Positions 40,708 through 54,219 of a stretch of 64,000 bases of DNA are shown here, one piece after another. The notes beneath the pieces are model-generated. The model was not told the origin of the DNA, did no database searches, and worked only from the letters and a program-made list of their open reading frames with translations. Origin of the DNA: Chlorokybus atmophyticus (taxonomy: Eukaryota; Plantae; Mesostigma and Chlorokybus algae); NCBI GenBank assembly GCA_009103225.1, contig RHPI01000818.1:62001-126000 (forward strand), read 5' to 3'. Within the stretch, counting starts at the first letter, position 1; the number at the start of each line of letters is the position of its first letter. The position numbers and the translations under genes were made by a program.

Positions 40708-41138
40708 GGCGCTGTGGCTTAGGAAGTTGGCACGTATTGCAGTTATGCGGAGACGACCTCCTGCTCAACTTATTTATGTGTACAGTGCTGCGTATATGTA
40801 CCGCATGGCTTTGGTGTGCACAAACGTGTAGGTTCCAGTGTGCAATTGCATGTGAGTGGGTTCACTGGTGAGCAATGATGCGCATCTGCCACACATGTGT
40901 TGCACGCCTGCACACGATACGCTCATGACAGGCCAGTAAGCCATGCATGCCTGCAACCTGCTTGGCAGCAATACGCTGCGTTGTTAAATGTTGTCCAGCT
41001 GCAAGTCACTGAGAATCACACTATGTAACACATGATTTGGACAGAATGCGGAGGCAGCCCGCAACAGACTCAGTGTCTGGGTGTGGCACACCCAGTTATT
41101 CAAATAAGCAGCCCAAGTGAACTCTAGTACCTAGCCGC

Positions 41139-44100
41139 TTAAACAGCGAGGGAGTACGACGGCAAGTCTGCGAGGTGTTGCCGCACGAACTCTAGCAAGT
41201 TGTCCTGCGCCGTCGCGTACAACGACCGCGGGTTCGCCTTCAACCTCACCTCCTGCGCAATCTTTGCCCGCACCTGCACAATCCAATCCTCAACACCTTG
41301 TCAACAATGACAACACCACACAACAACAGCAGCAACATTGACAACAACATGATACCAATAACAACAGCATCATCGTTATCATCACCAGCATCATTGTTAA
41401 TAACATCAACAGCAACAACACAATGTTCACCTCAGCGAACCGGTCATGTCGTATCGCCTCCGCCCACCCCATCTCCAGAAACCGTCTCAGATTCACGATC
41501 TCTCCCGTCCTCGTCCTCTCGGCCGCGTCCATGAGATACGTCCCGCCGACCCCGCACACGCGTTCCAGGAAGGGGGCCTGTCGGGGGCCGAGATGGGTTA
41601 CGGCCGTGACGGTGTTGGTGATGGAGGAGAGGGAGAGGAGAGTGAACTCGGAACCGTCGTGGGTTGTGATGGAAGCGCAGGAGGGGGCGGAGTGGGAAGG
41701 CATCACGGACTAGGACACACGTGTTTGTGTAAGCAGCGATCGTGTACAAGCAAGGGTAATGCGACTGTTGTGTCCCCCCTCAACGCATGCAGTTGCACAT
41801 GCGCATGCAGCATGTAGGCGTGTGCAAGCCCGCGTGTGTACGGGCGTGCAGGCATGCCCGCGTGTGCCCGCGTGTCTGTGTGTTATACTTGTATATGTGT
41901 ACCCGCATGTAGTAGAGGTTGCCCGGCAGGTGTGCGCAGCAGGTGCGTGGGGTAGAGAACGTGCGTGTGCTTGTGGCCTTGTGTTCAATATCAACATGCC
42001 TTAAACTTAGCGGGTGTGCAGGAGCATGCATCCCTCCAATAATGTGATCCCGCACGGACTCAGCCACCGCGATGCCGGCCTCGCGGCTGTTGATTCTCGC
42101 ACTAGGAGGATACAACCCGGCACATCTCCTCGCAAACCGCGTCATGGTGCCTGATGATGATGAAACTAGTAAGTGTGCACGCGTGCGTGTGTGCATATAA
42201 GCGCACACATGCAGGCGACTGCGTGTGCATCTGTGCGTGCATGTGGGCGGGCGTGCGGACGGGTGTACGTGAGCCTGTACATGTGCACGCGCATGTGTGC
42301 ATATGCATGTGTGTATCTGTGCGCACGCACGCATGCATATGTACACATTCATGACGTGTTGCAACCATGACACCCCTGAGTTGTCCCCACCTGCGCCGAA
42401 CACATGCGGGTCGTTGGTGCGGAAGTCCGCATCCACGACAAGCCCCCCATCGTACGTGATGCTGGCGGCGTTGAGGCAGGCCGCCAGTGCCGGCGACACT
42501 GACGGCGCGTCGCAGGTTACCAGCAAGGAGGCCCTTACGCCCCAGGCGTCCACCCGCGTCACCGCACCTGTGAATAATACAAGAAAGGGTCATTTACTAC
42601 TAAACTACTTGTTGGGCGTACTGCTAAGCAACTTTGTGTGCGTGTGTGTGTGTCGGTGTGTGCACACGCTTGCGTGCATGCGTATTGCAATTGAAGCAGA
42701 GATTGGAGTTCTCACCTTCTTCGTACTGTGACACCTCATATACTGCGTTGATAATTTCTCTTCCCGCACCCTTCCCGCCCTCTACGCGGCTCAGCCGAGC
42801 ATTCTCAACCCGCTCGATCCTGCACACAACCACACATGCCCTTTCAGACACTCTCCCCAGCTCACATCCCACTAACAACCACTCACACAAACAACTCCAC
42901 ATACCCAGCAGCTTCCACGGCCGCATTCACAACAGCGTCCAGCATCGTATCTCCCAGCACAGAGCCACTCTCATTCTTCTCATTGCTGTTGTTGTCATTG
43001 TTGCTGTTGTTGTTGTTGGGCAGGGAGTCCGGTAGGTACCACCTCATGTTGTTGGGTTTGACGCCTCGTTGCAACAAACTCTGCATAGCCGCATACGCCT
43101 CGAGCGTGTGTCCATACACCACAACGGGCGCATTGCGTGACATTGATACAATCTTCGCGTCTGATACACGCGAGAGGTCCTCAAGACGAACAACACCCGG
43201 CACAAAGTCATCACCAACAATGTCAGCGATGGATGATGCGGTGTGGTCTTGCGAGCCGGCGGCGAGCACGAGGGCCTCGTATGGAACGAGAGTGCCGTCG
43301 CGGAGGTGAACTACACGCGCGTCGCGGTCGAGTCCGATGACCTCACCAGCGACCACCGCAACTCTAAAACGGCAACAGCGTGAGTTTGTTAACATCGAAC
43401 TCTCTTTCACAGTGCATGTGTGTGCGTGCGCACATGCACGCGTGCTTGCGTGTGTGCGTGCTTGCGTGCTTGCGTGTGTACGTCAGCACTCAGACAGCAA
43501 CGACAGCAGACACGTGTTTCGTCAACCCGCTTACTACCACTCAGGCAGAACAGAAGTACATGCACCACATTGTACATGTGCGCACATGAGACTCTTTTCT
43601 ACCCAACAAGCACGCATGCACGCATCCCATCCACCCACCCACCTGCAATCCAGCGCCAGTTTCGCCATCTTCTCTCCCGTCCACTCCGCATCCCACACCC
43701 CCTCCTTCTCCCCTCCCTCTTTGATATTCACCCCTCTCCCCACCACCACAATACTACTGAAATAGCTCTCCCCGTCCATCACCAGTCTCTCCGCGCAGGC
43801 GAGTCCCGCGGCCGACGCCCCCGCGACCACCACGCGCGCCGTGCGGAGGGCGCGGGGGGACGAGAGGAGGGTGTGCGGGGACAGGAGGAAGAGGGAGCCT
43901 TGGGAGTGGAGGGAGGGGGGGGAGGGGAGGAGGTGCTCGTGGGAACGGGGGGGAATCTGGAAGAAGGGGAGTGTGTGTGTCTGTGCGCGCAAGCCAGACA
44001 TGCACGCATACATGCACTGGAGTGCGCGAGTGCACGTATCCACACACGCATGCACATGCATGCGCATGCACAGAAAGGCCCTTGCATGCACATGCGCGTG

Positions 44101-47100
44101 CGTGTGCACACAACACGCACGCATACGCCCCGCGCACGCACACGCACGCGCATGGTCAAAGATGCGTGTGTACCGGCACTCACACGCACATGGACACGTA
44201 CACATAGGGATACCACCTCACACACTATCACACCCACCTGCACCATGTCCTGTATGATCGCCGGCGCACGCACATGCACGCACATGCACGCGCATGGTCA
44301 AAGATGCGTGTGTACCGGCACTCACACGTACATGCACGCACACACGTAGGGATACCACCCTCACACACACCCTCACACCCACCTGCACCATGTCCTGTAT
44401 GATCGCCGGCGCCCTCTCCTCCCCCCCCACTTCCCACACCGCCCTCTTCCGTCCCTTCACCCCCAACCCCCTTGTGAGAAACCCCGCCCTCCTCCCCCAG
44501 AACGCCGGACTCAGCGCGAACGCTTTGACAGAGCCGTACGACGCGGGATCCAGATAAGATGTGGCGATGTGGGATAGAGAGTCGAGGTCGAAGTGGGAAC
44601 GGAGACGGTCCAGGGAGACGGAAGGGGAGAGGGAGAGGGCGCCGACCACCACGGTGGAGTGGAGGAGGGCGACGAGGAGATCGCCTGAGGGGAAGAGTTG
44701 AACACAAGTAGGTTGGTGTGAGCTGGGGTTGGTTAAGTGCCCGAGTGGTCTGTATGATGGTTACATGTGTTGGGTGTCAGCATGCTCGTGCGTGTGCGCG
44801 TGCATGTGCAAGTATGATTGTCTGTGTGTGTGTGTCGTGCATGCATCTGTGTGTGTCCGCACACAGATGCATGCATGGGTGTGCGTGCCTGTGCCTGTGA
44901 GTGTGCATGTCTAATGCGTGTACGTGTGTGCGTGTATGTGTGCATGCGTGTGCACTTGAGTGCTCAATCCAATCTGCACTGACCGACTTCCATGGCTCTG
45001 TTGATCTCCGCCGCAACCTCCTTCGCTTCCGTTGCCTCATTATCCGAAAACCCACATCCCCCGAAGAGCGCCTTCACGCCCGCGAGATGGCTCGCCCTCG
45101 CCACGCACACTGTAAACCCCTTCATAGACCCAATCCGCACTTACTCCCACATACCCACATACCCAACATGATGTCATCCCCACTCACTCACTTTGGCCAT
45201 GCAGTGGCGGTGCACGAGCATCGCGACGTCCTCTCCTCCACCCCCACAACGTCCACGCGGGGTGAGGCGGATGGCGCACACGCGCAAGAAGGACGGGACG
45301 GGACTACCGGGTGGAAGACGAAGCAAGCACCACGCGCGACCCGGGAACTGCACGCACACATCAACAAACACAGTGAGCGACAAAACAACTACTACAATGT
45401 TGTTATTGGTGTCACTTACCAGAGCGAAGGCGGGCATGAGGAGGTCGAGGCCGCGGGTCTCTGCGCTCTGGGCGATGCACAGCAGCGACACCTCGAACAC
45501 GTTGCGTTGCCCTTCCACCGCAACAAACTCCTCCTCCTCCTCCTCCTTCACCTCCTTCTCCGCCTCCTCCATGTTGTTCATCTCCTGACCCTCCTCTGTC
45601 TGCTCCTCAACCTCATTGGCCTCCCCCTCCTGTGGTTGTTGGCTCGGTTCTTCTATCTCCCCGCTACCAGAGGAGTTGTTGTTGTTGTTATTGTCGCTGT
45701 TGTTGGCCTTCTCCTCTTGATGTGTCGGCGCCAGCGTGACCGTGTTGTTGGTTGCAACGCTCTGTTCGGTTGAGGATTGCTCAGGCAATGCCTCAGCAGT
45801 TTGAGTCTCAACGACTTCAATCTCTGTCGACGTGCTCGACGAAGCTTCCTCCACCTGAACGATAGTGTTGTGGTTGTTGTTGTTGTTGTTGTTGTTGTGG
45901 TGGTGGTGGTGGTTGTGAATTATGTTGTTGTTGATGTGTCTTACGTGTACGAGGTGGTCGAAGGCGTTGAGGTCGTAGCTGCGCTGCAGCGCAGGCACGT
46001 CCACAATGCCGGTGAAGGCGGCGATGCCGACGAGCGGGCCGGTATCTCCAGCCTAATGCGGTGCAAAGAGAGAGACCATCACATACCCACACTTGTGCAA
46101 CACATACCACACGTCAACAATAACTCACCACTCCAGCAAGGACGGCTGTGTCTTTGTCACCCTCCGAACCCTTCACAAGCCTTGCGAGCGCAAATGCCTC
46201 CTGCACAAATGCAAAAAGAGTTCGAGTGTTGTACTCGACTGACACTTAACCAAGGGCTCGTATAAGCACACACGCATGTACACACACGCGCACGCCCATG
46301 CACACGCACACGCACACGCACCTGAGGGCGTGTCCACTCTGGCAGTGTGCACAGCGGCATTCCTCTCTCCTGACACTCCGCCAGCACTGGCATCAGCCCG
46401 TCGTAGTCCTCTTCGCGTGCCGCGCGCACACGCAGCGCCGGACACACCAACCTGAGAAAAACTCAACACATTGTAACAACAACCACCACACCAACAGCCT
46501 TACCCACTCTATCCTCACCTTCTGTGGCACTCATAGAGCGTCTCATCCTCAGGTCCCTTAGCGATCTGCTTGAACAGGGCTGGCATGCGGGCGCCCGCCT
46601 TGCCTGTGATACAGAGACACAAACACACATGAGACGAATGTACGATTGTATGAAAGTGTTGTGTTGGTGTGTGCACGTTTGAGTAACTCACCGATGGCGA
46701 GAAAGGAGTCGACCTCCGGCATGGCCTCGAAGGCCACGCGGCAGAGGTTCAGCGTGACCGCGGCGTGGGCGTCGGCGGAGGGGTTGGTGATGCACGGGCG
46801 GGTCCACATGGACGACAGGGGCTGCGGGCATGGGTGGTTGGGTGAGAATGCAGTGCATGTGTAGAGTTGCTCAGACTATGCAGGCGTTGATGTCTGTGTC
46901 CGTTCCCTTTCCCGAAACCGCAGCGCACGCACGCACATACCAGGAGACACACATGGACATACAGGCACGCTCCCACACACATACGTACACAACTTCACAC
47001 GTGCACGTAACCCCGCAATTGGCAGCGCGCATGCACCCATAGATAAACACACGTATACACGCACACGCACGCACAAATGCACACACGTGCACACCCATAT

Positions 47101-47918
47101 GCAGGCACAGGCGCATGCACATGCACACACACAGACGCATATGCACACGCACACGCCGACTCTCTCTCACTCTCTCTATCTCTCGAGTACCACACATCCT
47201 CTCTCACCTGGAACCCCATCCTCTCCGCCTCCTTCTCCCCCCACACCCTCCCATCCACATCCCCCTTCCCCTTCCCCTCCTCCCCTTCTCCATCCTTAGG
47301 GACGCTCCAGTCGCAAAAGGCCGCAAAGCCTGACAGCGTCGAAGAGCCCGAGCGCGACTTCGACTTGGCCACGCTTGAGTACAAGGCGTCGTCGCTGCGA
47401 TTACATCACATTGTGTTGTGTTGAGTTTGAGTTTGAGTTTGAGTTTGAGTTCGAGGCTTGTTGATGCGCGCTATGCAATCGAGGGAGTACTGCGTGCTCC
47501 GTGTGCTTATTGCAACACATAAACTGGACGTGTTGGCAATAGCAGTCTTTTACAGATAGCGATGCGACAGCATGGCCATTGGGGTTGGCATAGGTCTTCT
47601 GGTTTAAGCGTCGGTGATTTACACAGCCATTAACACCATATAATGTGCTTGCAGTGATGTTGCCAAAGCCACAGCCAATGTGTTTGTGTACGTGTAAGTG
47701 CACGTATTCATTGTAGGAGGTCACAATCACAAGGACTTGCAGTAGACAATCTGAGTAGAGATACATTGGTGATCTTTCAGAGGATCATTTGCGTACAGTA
47801 TTTCTGCTGCACTGCCAAGCGGTCCCCAGCACGCTTCCAGCTCCGCCCGCCTGCCCTCCAGCAGCTTCTCCACGGCGGGGAGGTCCGCCACCCGTGCCGC
47901 ACGCGCCATACCCGCCAT
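41139..47918 (-). CDS. CFAP61: Cilia- and flagella-associated protein 61; many exons with low-complexity introns
   Basis: LRVRAAREEDYDGLMP, LQRSYDLNAFDHL, NVFEVSLLCI, RLRSHFDLD...FALSPAF, ARVVVAGASAAGLACAERL, VPYEALVLAAG, TYDGGLVVDADFRTNDPHVFGAG, C-terminal EFVRQHLADLPSY. Start position is less certain. Confidence 0.9.
47421..47451. repeat. (TTGAGT)n hexamer microsatellite in a CFAP61 intron
   Basis: ttgagtttgagtttgagtttgagtttgagtt. Confidence 0.9.
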
Positions 47919-48079
47919 TTATACAAAATCAACCCACTGCCAGTGCCGACGATGACGCCAATGCCGCTGCCGACAAGGCACCAGCAGCCTCCACGTGGCA
48001 GTGTTGGTTGTTGAGGCTGGTTTTTTCTACTCCACGCATCACGTGACCGGTTGGTTGGTTCAAACCACAACCGAGAAAG

Positions 48080-48114
48080 CTAACCCCAACCCTAATCCTA
48101 ACCCTAATCCTAAC
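48080..48114. repeat. Short interstitial telomere-like repeat in the CFAP61/XPB divergent promoter
   Basis: ctaaccccaaccctaatcctaaccctaatcctaac (CCCTAA/TCCTAA units). Confidence 0.7.
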
Positions 48115-48319
48115 ACAGCGCTTAGGCAATGGGTTTGTCATAGGCGTCGTTGTTGTCGGCTTTGGCGGCGGCGGCGGCGGCGTAGCCGGCGGGTAGCAGT
48201 AGGAGCACATTGTATACGTCCTGTAGATTAGCTCTAGTTTGATCTGTGTCGGTCTGTGCGGTTTGGCGCCCAAGCTGGGCAGGAGTGAGCAGTTTTCGGC
48301 TGACAGACAAGGCGCTGGG

Positions 48320-51300
48320 ATGGCGTCCAGGAGACGGGGTGCTGCCGCTGCTGACGGAGGTATGTTGTTGATGATCTCTGATTACTGGTCAGTGTTTTCA
48401 GTCAGATCTCGCATGGGACAATGTTCTCGCTGGTGGTTTGAGTGCGGGCAGAGCAGCAGTTTAAAGCGTAACACAGCGGTACCCTGTTTCTCTATCATTG
48501 GCAGTCCATTCGCATGCTATACCATGACATGAAGAACTGTGCAACACCATCATTGAATTCGGCTGGTCACAATTAGAACTTCTAACTGATCTGATTAAAT
48601 ATTGTTGTTACTGTTTCTGTGTCAGTCTCTTTCCTGTGGCTGCATGCAGCTTGGTTTGCTTCAAAGCGCCAGACTGAAGCTGTTTTACCTCAACTTTATT
48701 GCCAATGCTGAAATTCTTTGTCACCACTTCTTTTTTACCACAGGGGCCACTGCCAAGAAAGCCAGGAGAGGCTCCTTGAAAGAGGTGAGGATGTTGATTG
48801 TTGTGTCTCAATTTGTCTCGCGGGCTGCTCGGCGTTCCTTAACCCATCCTTGGCTTGTTCATTGCAGGCAAAGCCTACTTGGGAGCAGGAGGAAGATGCT
48901 TTGTCAGAGGAGGAGTTGATGGAAATTGAGGAGGAGGAGCAGGACATTGATGAAGCTGGTCCCTCAACATGTAAGTCACATGAAGTGTGAATTGTTCGGT
49001 TTCTTGCGTGGATGGATCAGATCATCGGTATCATGTTATGGTCTTTTCCTTGATGCCTGGTCATACGCAGCTGGCAGATTCGGTTCAATTGCACCAGCAA
49101 AGGATTTAGAGCTTGGCTTGGATTATACGAACCTCCCGCTGAAGCCCGATCACGCCAACAGGCCGCTGTGGGTGTGTTCCGATGGGCGCATCTTCCTGGA
49201 GACCTTCTCACCCATATACAAGCAGGCGGCGGACTTTCTCATCGCCATATCAGAGCCGGTATGCCGACCCGAGACGTTGCACGAGTACTCGCTCACGCCG
49301 CACTCACTCTATGCCGCCGTGTCCGTTGGCCTCGAGACCGGCACCATCGTCTCCGTGCTGAGCCGTTTGTCCAAGACAAAGCTCCCGCCTGAGATCGAAG
49401 AGTTTGTAAAAGAGTCCACGCAGAACTACGGCAAAGTCAAGCTAGTGCTCAAGCAGAACCGATTCTTCGTCGAGTCAGCCTACCCGGACATCCTCAAGAG
49501 GATATTGAAGGATGAGGCCATCAAAAAGGCGCGCATCAACGTTGTTACGGACGTCCCTGATGGCGGTTTCCTGGTCAGTGAAGGCCTCCGGGACCAGGCT
49601 GCAGCAGAAGAAGATGGCGGCGTATCCATGCTAGCTGCAGCCGATGGTGAAGCGCAACCGGGCGCGCGAGCCCTCGATATCGACAGGGAGTTGCATTCCT
49701 TCGAGATTGACCCCGCTCAGGTAAGTCGTTTGAAATAGTTTGATGCTACTGCTTGCATTTGGGATGTGCGCAGAAAGACATGGGGATGGCGGTGCCAGTA
49801 AGCCATGTTCTGTGCCTCTGTTGTTGATTGTGATTGGTTGCACAGGTGGAGCACGTGAAGCAACGCTGTCTGCCGAATGAGTTGAACTACCCCATGCTGG
49901 AGGAGTATGACTTCAAGAACGACAGTATGAACCCTGACCTTGAGTACGATCTGAAACCAATGACTCAGGTATTTTGAATTGCTTCCACCGTGGATTCTGA
50001 ATGTGCTTGTGTATACCTCTAATTGAGTGGACAACCGCAAAGTATTCAGAGTTTGTGACTGATTGGAAATGATGGCCAGATGGGTTGTCTTCACCAACTT
50101 TTGTACTAGTTACAGTGTCTTATTAACTGTCTGTCCAGGTGCGGCCTTACCAAGAAAAGGCGCTCAGCAAGATGTTTGGCAATGGTCGTGCGCGATCGGG
50201 CATCATCGTGCTCCCTTGCGGAGCCGGCAAGTCTCTCACGGGCATCGCGGCCGCCGTGCGCATCCGCAAGAGCTGTCTCGTGCTCTGCACCAATTCCGTC
50301 TCCGTGGACCAGTGGCGCTCGCAGTTCAAGTTGTGGACTACGATACCTGATGAGAAGATCTCGCGCTTCACGTCGGACCGCAAGGAGAAGCTGCCCGACC
50401 AATCGAGCATCACCGTCACAACGTACAATATGGTTGCGTTCGGCGGTGTCAAGAATGAGGAGGCTGAGAAAATACAGAAACGGGAGTGGGGACTTATCCT
50501 ACTCGATGAGGTGCACGTCGTACCGGCGCACATGTTTCGAAAGGTACGCTTTGGTTGTTCGGAAATGGTTGAGGTTCATTGCGTGTGCTCATGTACATGA
50601 TTGACGACATTCGCGTAACAGTATGCCATATAGGAAGCACAAACAAAATCGACCTCGCAACCAGTGCATGGCATACGTGCTGCACATTGTTCTCGCACAG
50701 GGCAGCAATTCAGTGGGTTAACATGCATTCTGTTGCAGGTTATCGGTATCAGCAAAGCTCACTGCAAGCTGGGTCTCACGGCTACACTTGTGCGTGAGGA
50801 TGAGAGGATAGGAGATCTCAACTTCCTGATTGGCCCGAAGCTGTATGAAGCAAACTGGATGGACTTGCAGCGTGCAGGCCATATTGCTAATGTGCAATGC
50901 GCTGAGGTATGTTGGTTGTGGGTTGCAGGGCTTAATGTTGCAAGAGGTTGGGCTTATCAGTGCCTGCGTGGATGCCTCCACAAACAACAACAGTACATCT
51001 TCTGACATAGCTGCTGTTTGTGGCAATGCAGGTTTGGTGCCCAATGACAAAGGAGTTCTACCGCGAGTATTTGAAGAAAGAGAACTCTGGGAAGAAGCAG
51101 CTCCTCTACTGCATGAACCCCAACAAGTTCCGCGCCTGCCAGTTCCTAATCAACTACCACGAACAGCAGCGCGGGGACAAGATCATCGTCTTCTCTGACA
51201 ACATCTTTGCGCTGCGGGAGTATGCCATGAAGCTGCGCAAGCCCTTCATCTATGGGCCCACCAGCCATCATGAGCGGACACGCATCTTGCATGCATTCAA

Positions 51301-52204
51301 GCACAGCCCAGAGGTTAGTTGGGTCACTCTTTGTCACAACTTTGCAAAAACACACCAAAGCCATCTCGCTTCATCACATTCTCACAGCGCATCTCACTCG
51401 TTGATTCTCATGCAGGTGAACACAGTGTTCCTCTCCAAGGTTGGTGACAACTCCATTGATATACCGGAGGCCAACGTAATTATACAGATCTCATCTCACG
51501 CGGGTTCCCGTCGCCAAGAGGCGCAGCGTTTGGGGCGTATTCTTAGGCCCAAGGGGAGGCCTCAGGACCGCAACCCCAACGAGTTCAACGCCTTTTTCTA
51601 CTCGCTTGTGTCCAAGGACACGCAGGAGATGTTTTTCTCAACAAAGCGCCAGCAGTTCCTCATTGACCAGGGATACAGCTTCAAGGTCATCACTGAGCTG
51701 CCACCCGCAGACACTGGCAATGACCTGTTTTATGCCAACAAGGAGGAGCAACTGGACCTGTTGGGCAAGGTACATGGTTGTTGCCGGTTTTGTATGCAGG
51801 CATTGGGTTGGGTTATGCGCGTAAAACTTTGTTTGTGCGCTTAAAAGGTTCTGGCTGCTGGTGAAGATGAGGCTGGAGTTGAGCACCTGGCTGATGACAA
51901 TGATGACATATCTAAGTACAAGACTAGCGTGCGACGGGCAGGAAACATGCGGGCGCTGACTGGTGCTGAAGGCATGGTTTACATGGAGTACAGGTATGGT
52001 ATGGTGGGAGAGCATACTGTGAGAGATTTGTTGTCTTGCCTCGTATCGGTATTTACGTTTTCTTGCTATGGTGCTGAGGCGCAAGTGTTGTGCAGCACCG
52101 GCAAGACTTCCCAGTCAGCCTTGGCCAGGCCAGGCCAGGGTGCACCTTCGCGCCAGAGCGCTGCCAAGCACAAGCACAAACTGTTTCGAGCTCGCTACCG
52201 ATAG
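48320..52204 (+). CDS. XPB: TFIIH subunit XPB (ERCC3/Rad25) DNA helicase; multi-exon
   Basis: [113 protein letters not shown]-terminal KHKLF. Confidence 0.97.
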
Positions 52205-54219
52205 GACACCAACATGCTGCGTGGTTCAGGGTAATTTGCACAAATACGCGTGGTAGCCAATTGTACATGCGGCCATTCACCTTCACCAAGCGTTGTGGAC
52301 ATACAGGCCTGTTAACAAGCTGGAATGTAAATAGGAACGTGAGTTAGTTAGAGGACACTTGTGTGATTAGTGCGATCCAGTGTCACTTGCATTGTGGAAC
52401 GCAATACAAGCGTTTACTTTGTTGTGGAAAAGGACGTCTAGCAGTGGTCAATGCCTGCACCATGTATGTCATTGGTTTGACGCGCATGCAGTGTTGGGCT
52501 GGTTGGTGGTTGTATATGTTGGCAGATCTTGTGAGCCGCAATATGTCACATTTAGCAATGCATTATTGCATGCAACATGAAGTGCGCATGCGTAGGATAT
52601 GAATACAATTACCTTATCAATGACTCTCACATACTCATACTGTAGGATCAGAAGTTATCCATGCGTGATGAATTATATAATTGCAACATTCATCATGTAA
52701 GCATGCATTAACTATGCAACTCGACATCTTTACAAACGATTCCTATCTGTTGTTTGCATCATACAAATAGAATAACAAAACAGTTTTGCATGCAATGTCG
52801 GTATCAATGACAACAAGGTTGTGCCACGTGTATAATCATTAAGAATCACGTACTTTATCGGTTGTCAGTTTCAACATCGCTGTTGTTTACACTTATCGTG
52901 CGACTATTTTCCCTATTAGAATATTTGCATACATACAGTGCTTTTTGAATAAACAGCATGAAAATTGTGTAAAGCATTATAGAATTTGTGTAATTGCTTA
53001 TTTTTAAAAAATCTTATACATTTGTTGTACGATATTTGATTTTACATCGAATGCAATATGTGCGTGATTACTTACATAGAAAGTACATCATGACAGAAGA
53101 ATCTTGTACTTTGCAGGTGACACATAGTACACGTGCATTTGCACTTTCATGGCATGCGTTTGCACTCCTTCCTTGTGTGCACAATCATGTACAATAAACA
53201 CAAATCATAACATATGTATGTTATGTTATATATAAAAATGTCATTTGTACAGTGAGCATGTGAGTGACATTCAATGAGGAAATATTTGAATCTGAATATC
53301 TGAATGTCCTTCGAAGTCACGAATACTCACATGTTCACAAAGTAAATTAACATGTTGAAGTAAAATAAGGCATGGTCAAGCCTCACATTGTGCCATGTTG
53401 ATTGTAAAACAGATCGAGGGGTTGACATGCCACTCACATGCTCAGCCCTTGAACGACAGCGTGGCATGCGGTGCGCACAAATATTTCAAAAGGTTGACTG
53501 CGCGTTGGGGTAGCCTTTGACGTGGCGCTCTATCAGAACTTTCCCGCAGCAAAACCGATTTTAAACGTTTGGCATTATGCTGTGCCGGACATGTTTGCAC
53601 ACAGGCCGGTTGCTGTCTGCAGCACTTGCATAGCATTCCCGGAAGCACCCATTGCCCAAGCCAGTATTGACCGCATTGCGTGTTGAACGCATTGTCGGTA
53701 ACCCGCTTAGCCGCGAATATCCTTACCATGACGACAATCTGTTAACCATGTTGTGACATTGCTTTAACAAAACGACGCGCCCTGACACGCGTTCGCTCGC
53801 GAGGCGCTCGCACGGTCGCGACCGTTGGATGGGCTCATTGCGGCCTCAATTATCAGAAACGACCGACCACGTGGCAGCTAGTCGCCTCAACCCATCACAC
53901 TTTTGCCCGCCATGTCCGTGCGCTCCTCAATCAGGGCATATTCTGTCTTGTGGGCGCTGACCACCGTGTGGTTGCCATCCTCTCTGGACGCCAACAGGTG
54001 AGCAGGGAAGACAATATGGCATCTCTGCCCTAATTTTGCATGGGCTGTTCATTGCTGCATGCTGCAAGGGCTTGTTGGCTGTAGTGCGGAGATGTGAACT
54101 TGTGCACTTGTGTGTTTCTTGGCAGAATGCGGTGAAGGCAAGGGTGTTGCTGCTGTCGTTTTGGGTCTGGGTGTCGGTGTAGTGCTCAGCGCTGTAGAGG
54201 TGGAGCTGTGCCGTCCGTC

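Noticed and set aside
41700-47400. Dozens of Cys/Val/His/Thr-rich ORFs, some over 300 aa
   Set aside because: They arise from stop-poor RY-repeat introns of CFAP61 and have no domain signal.
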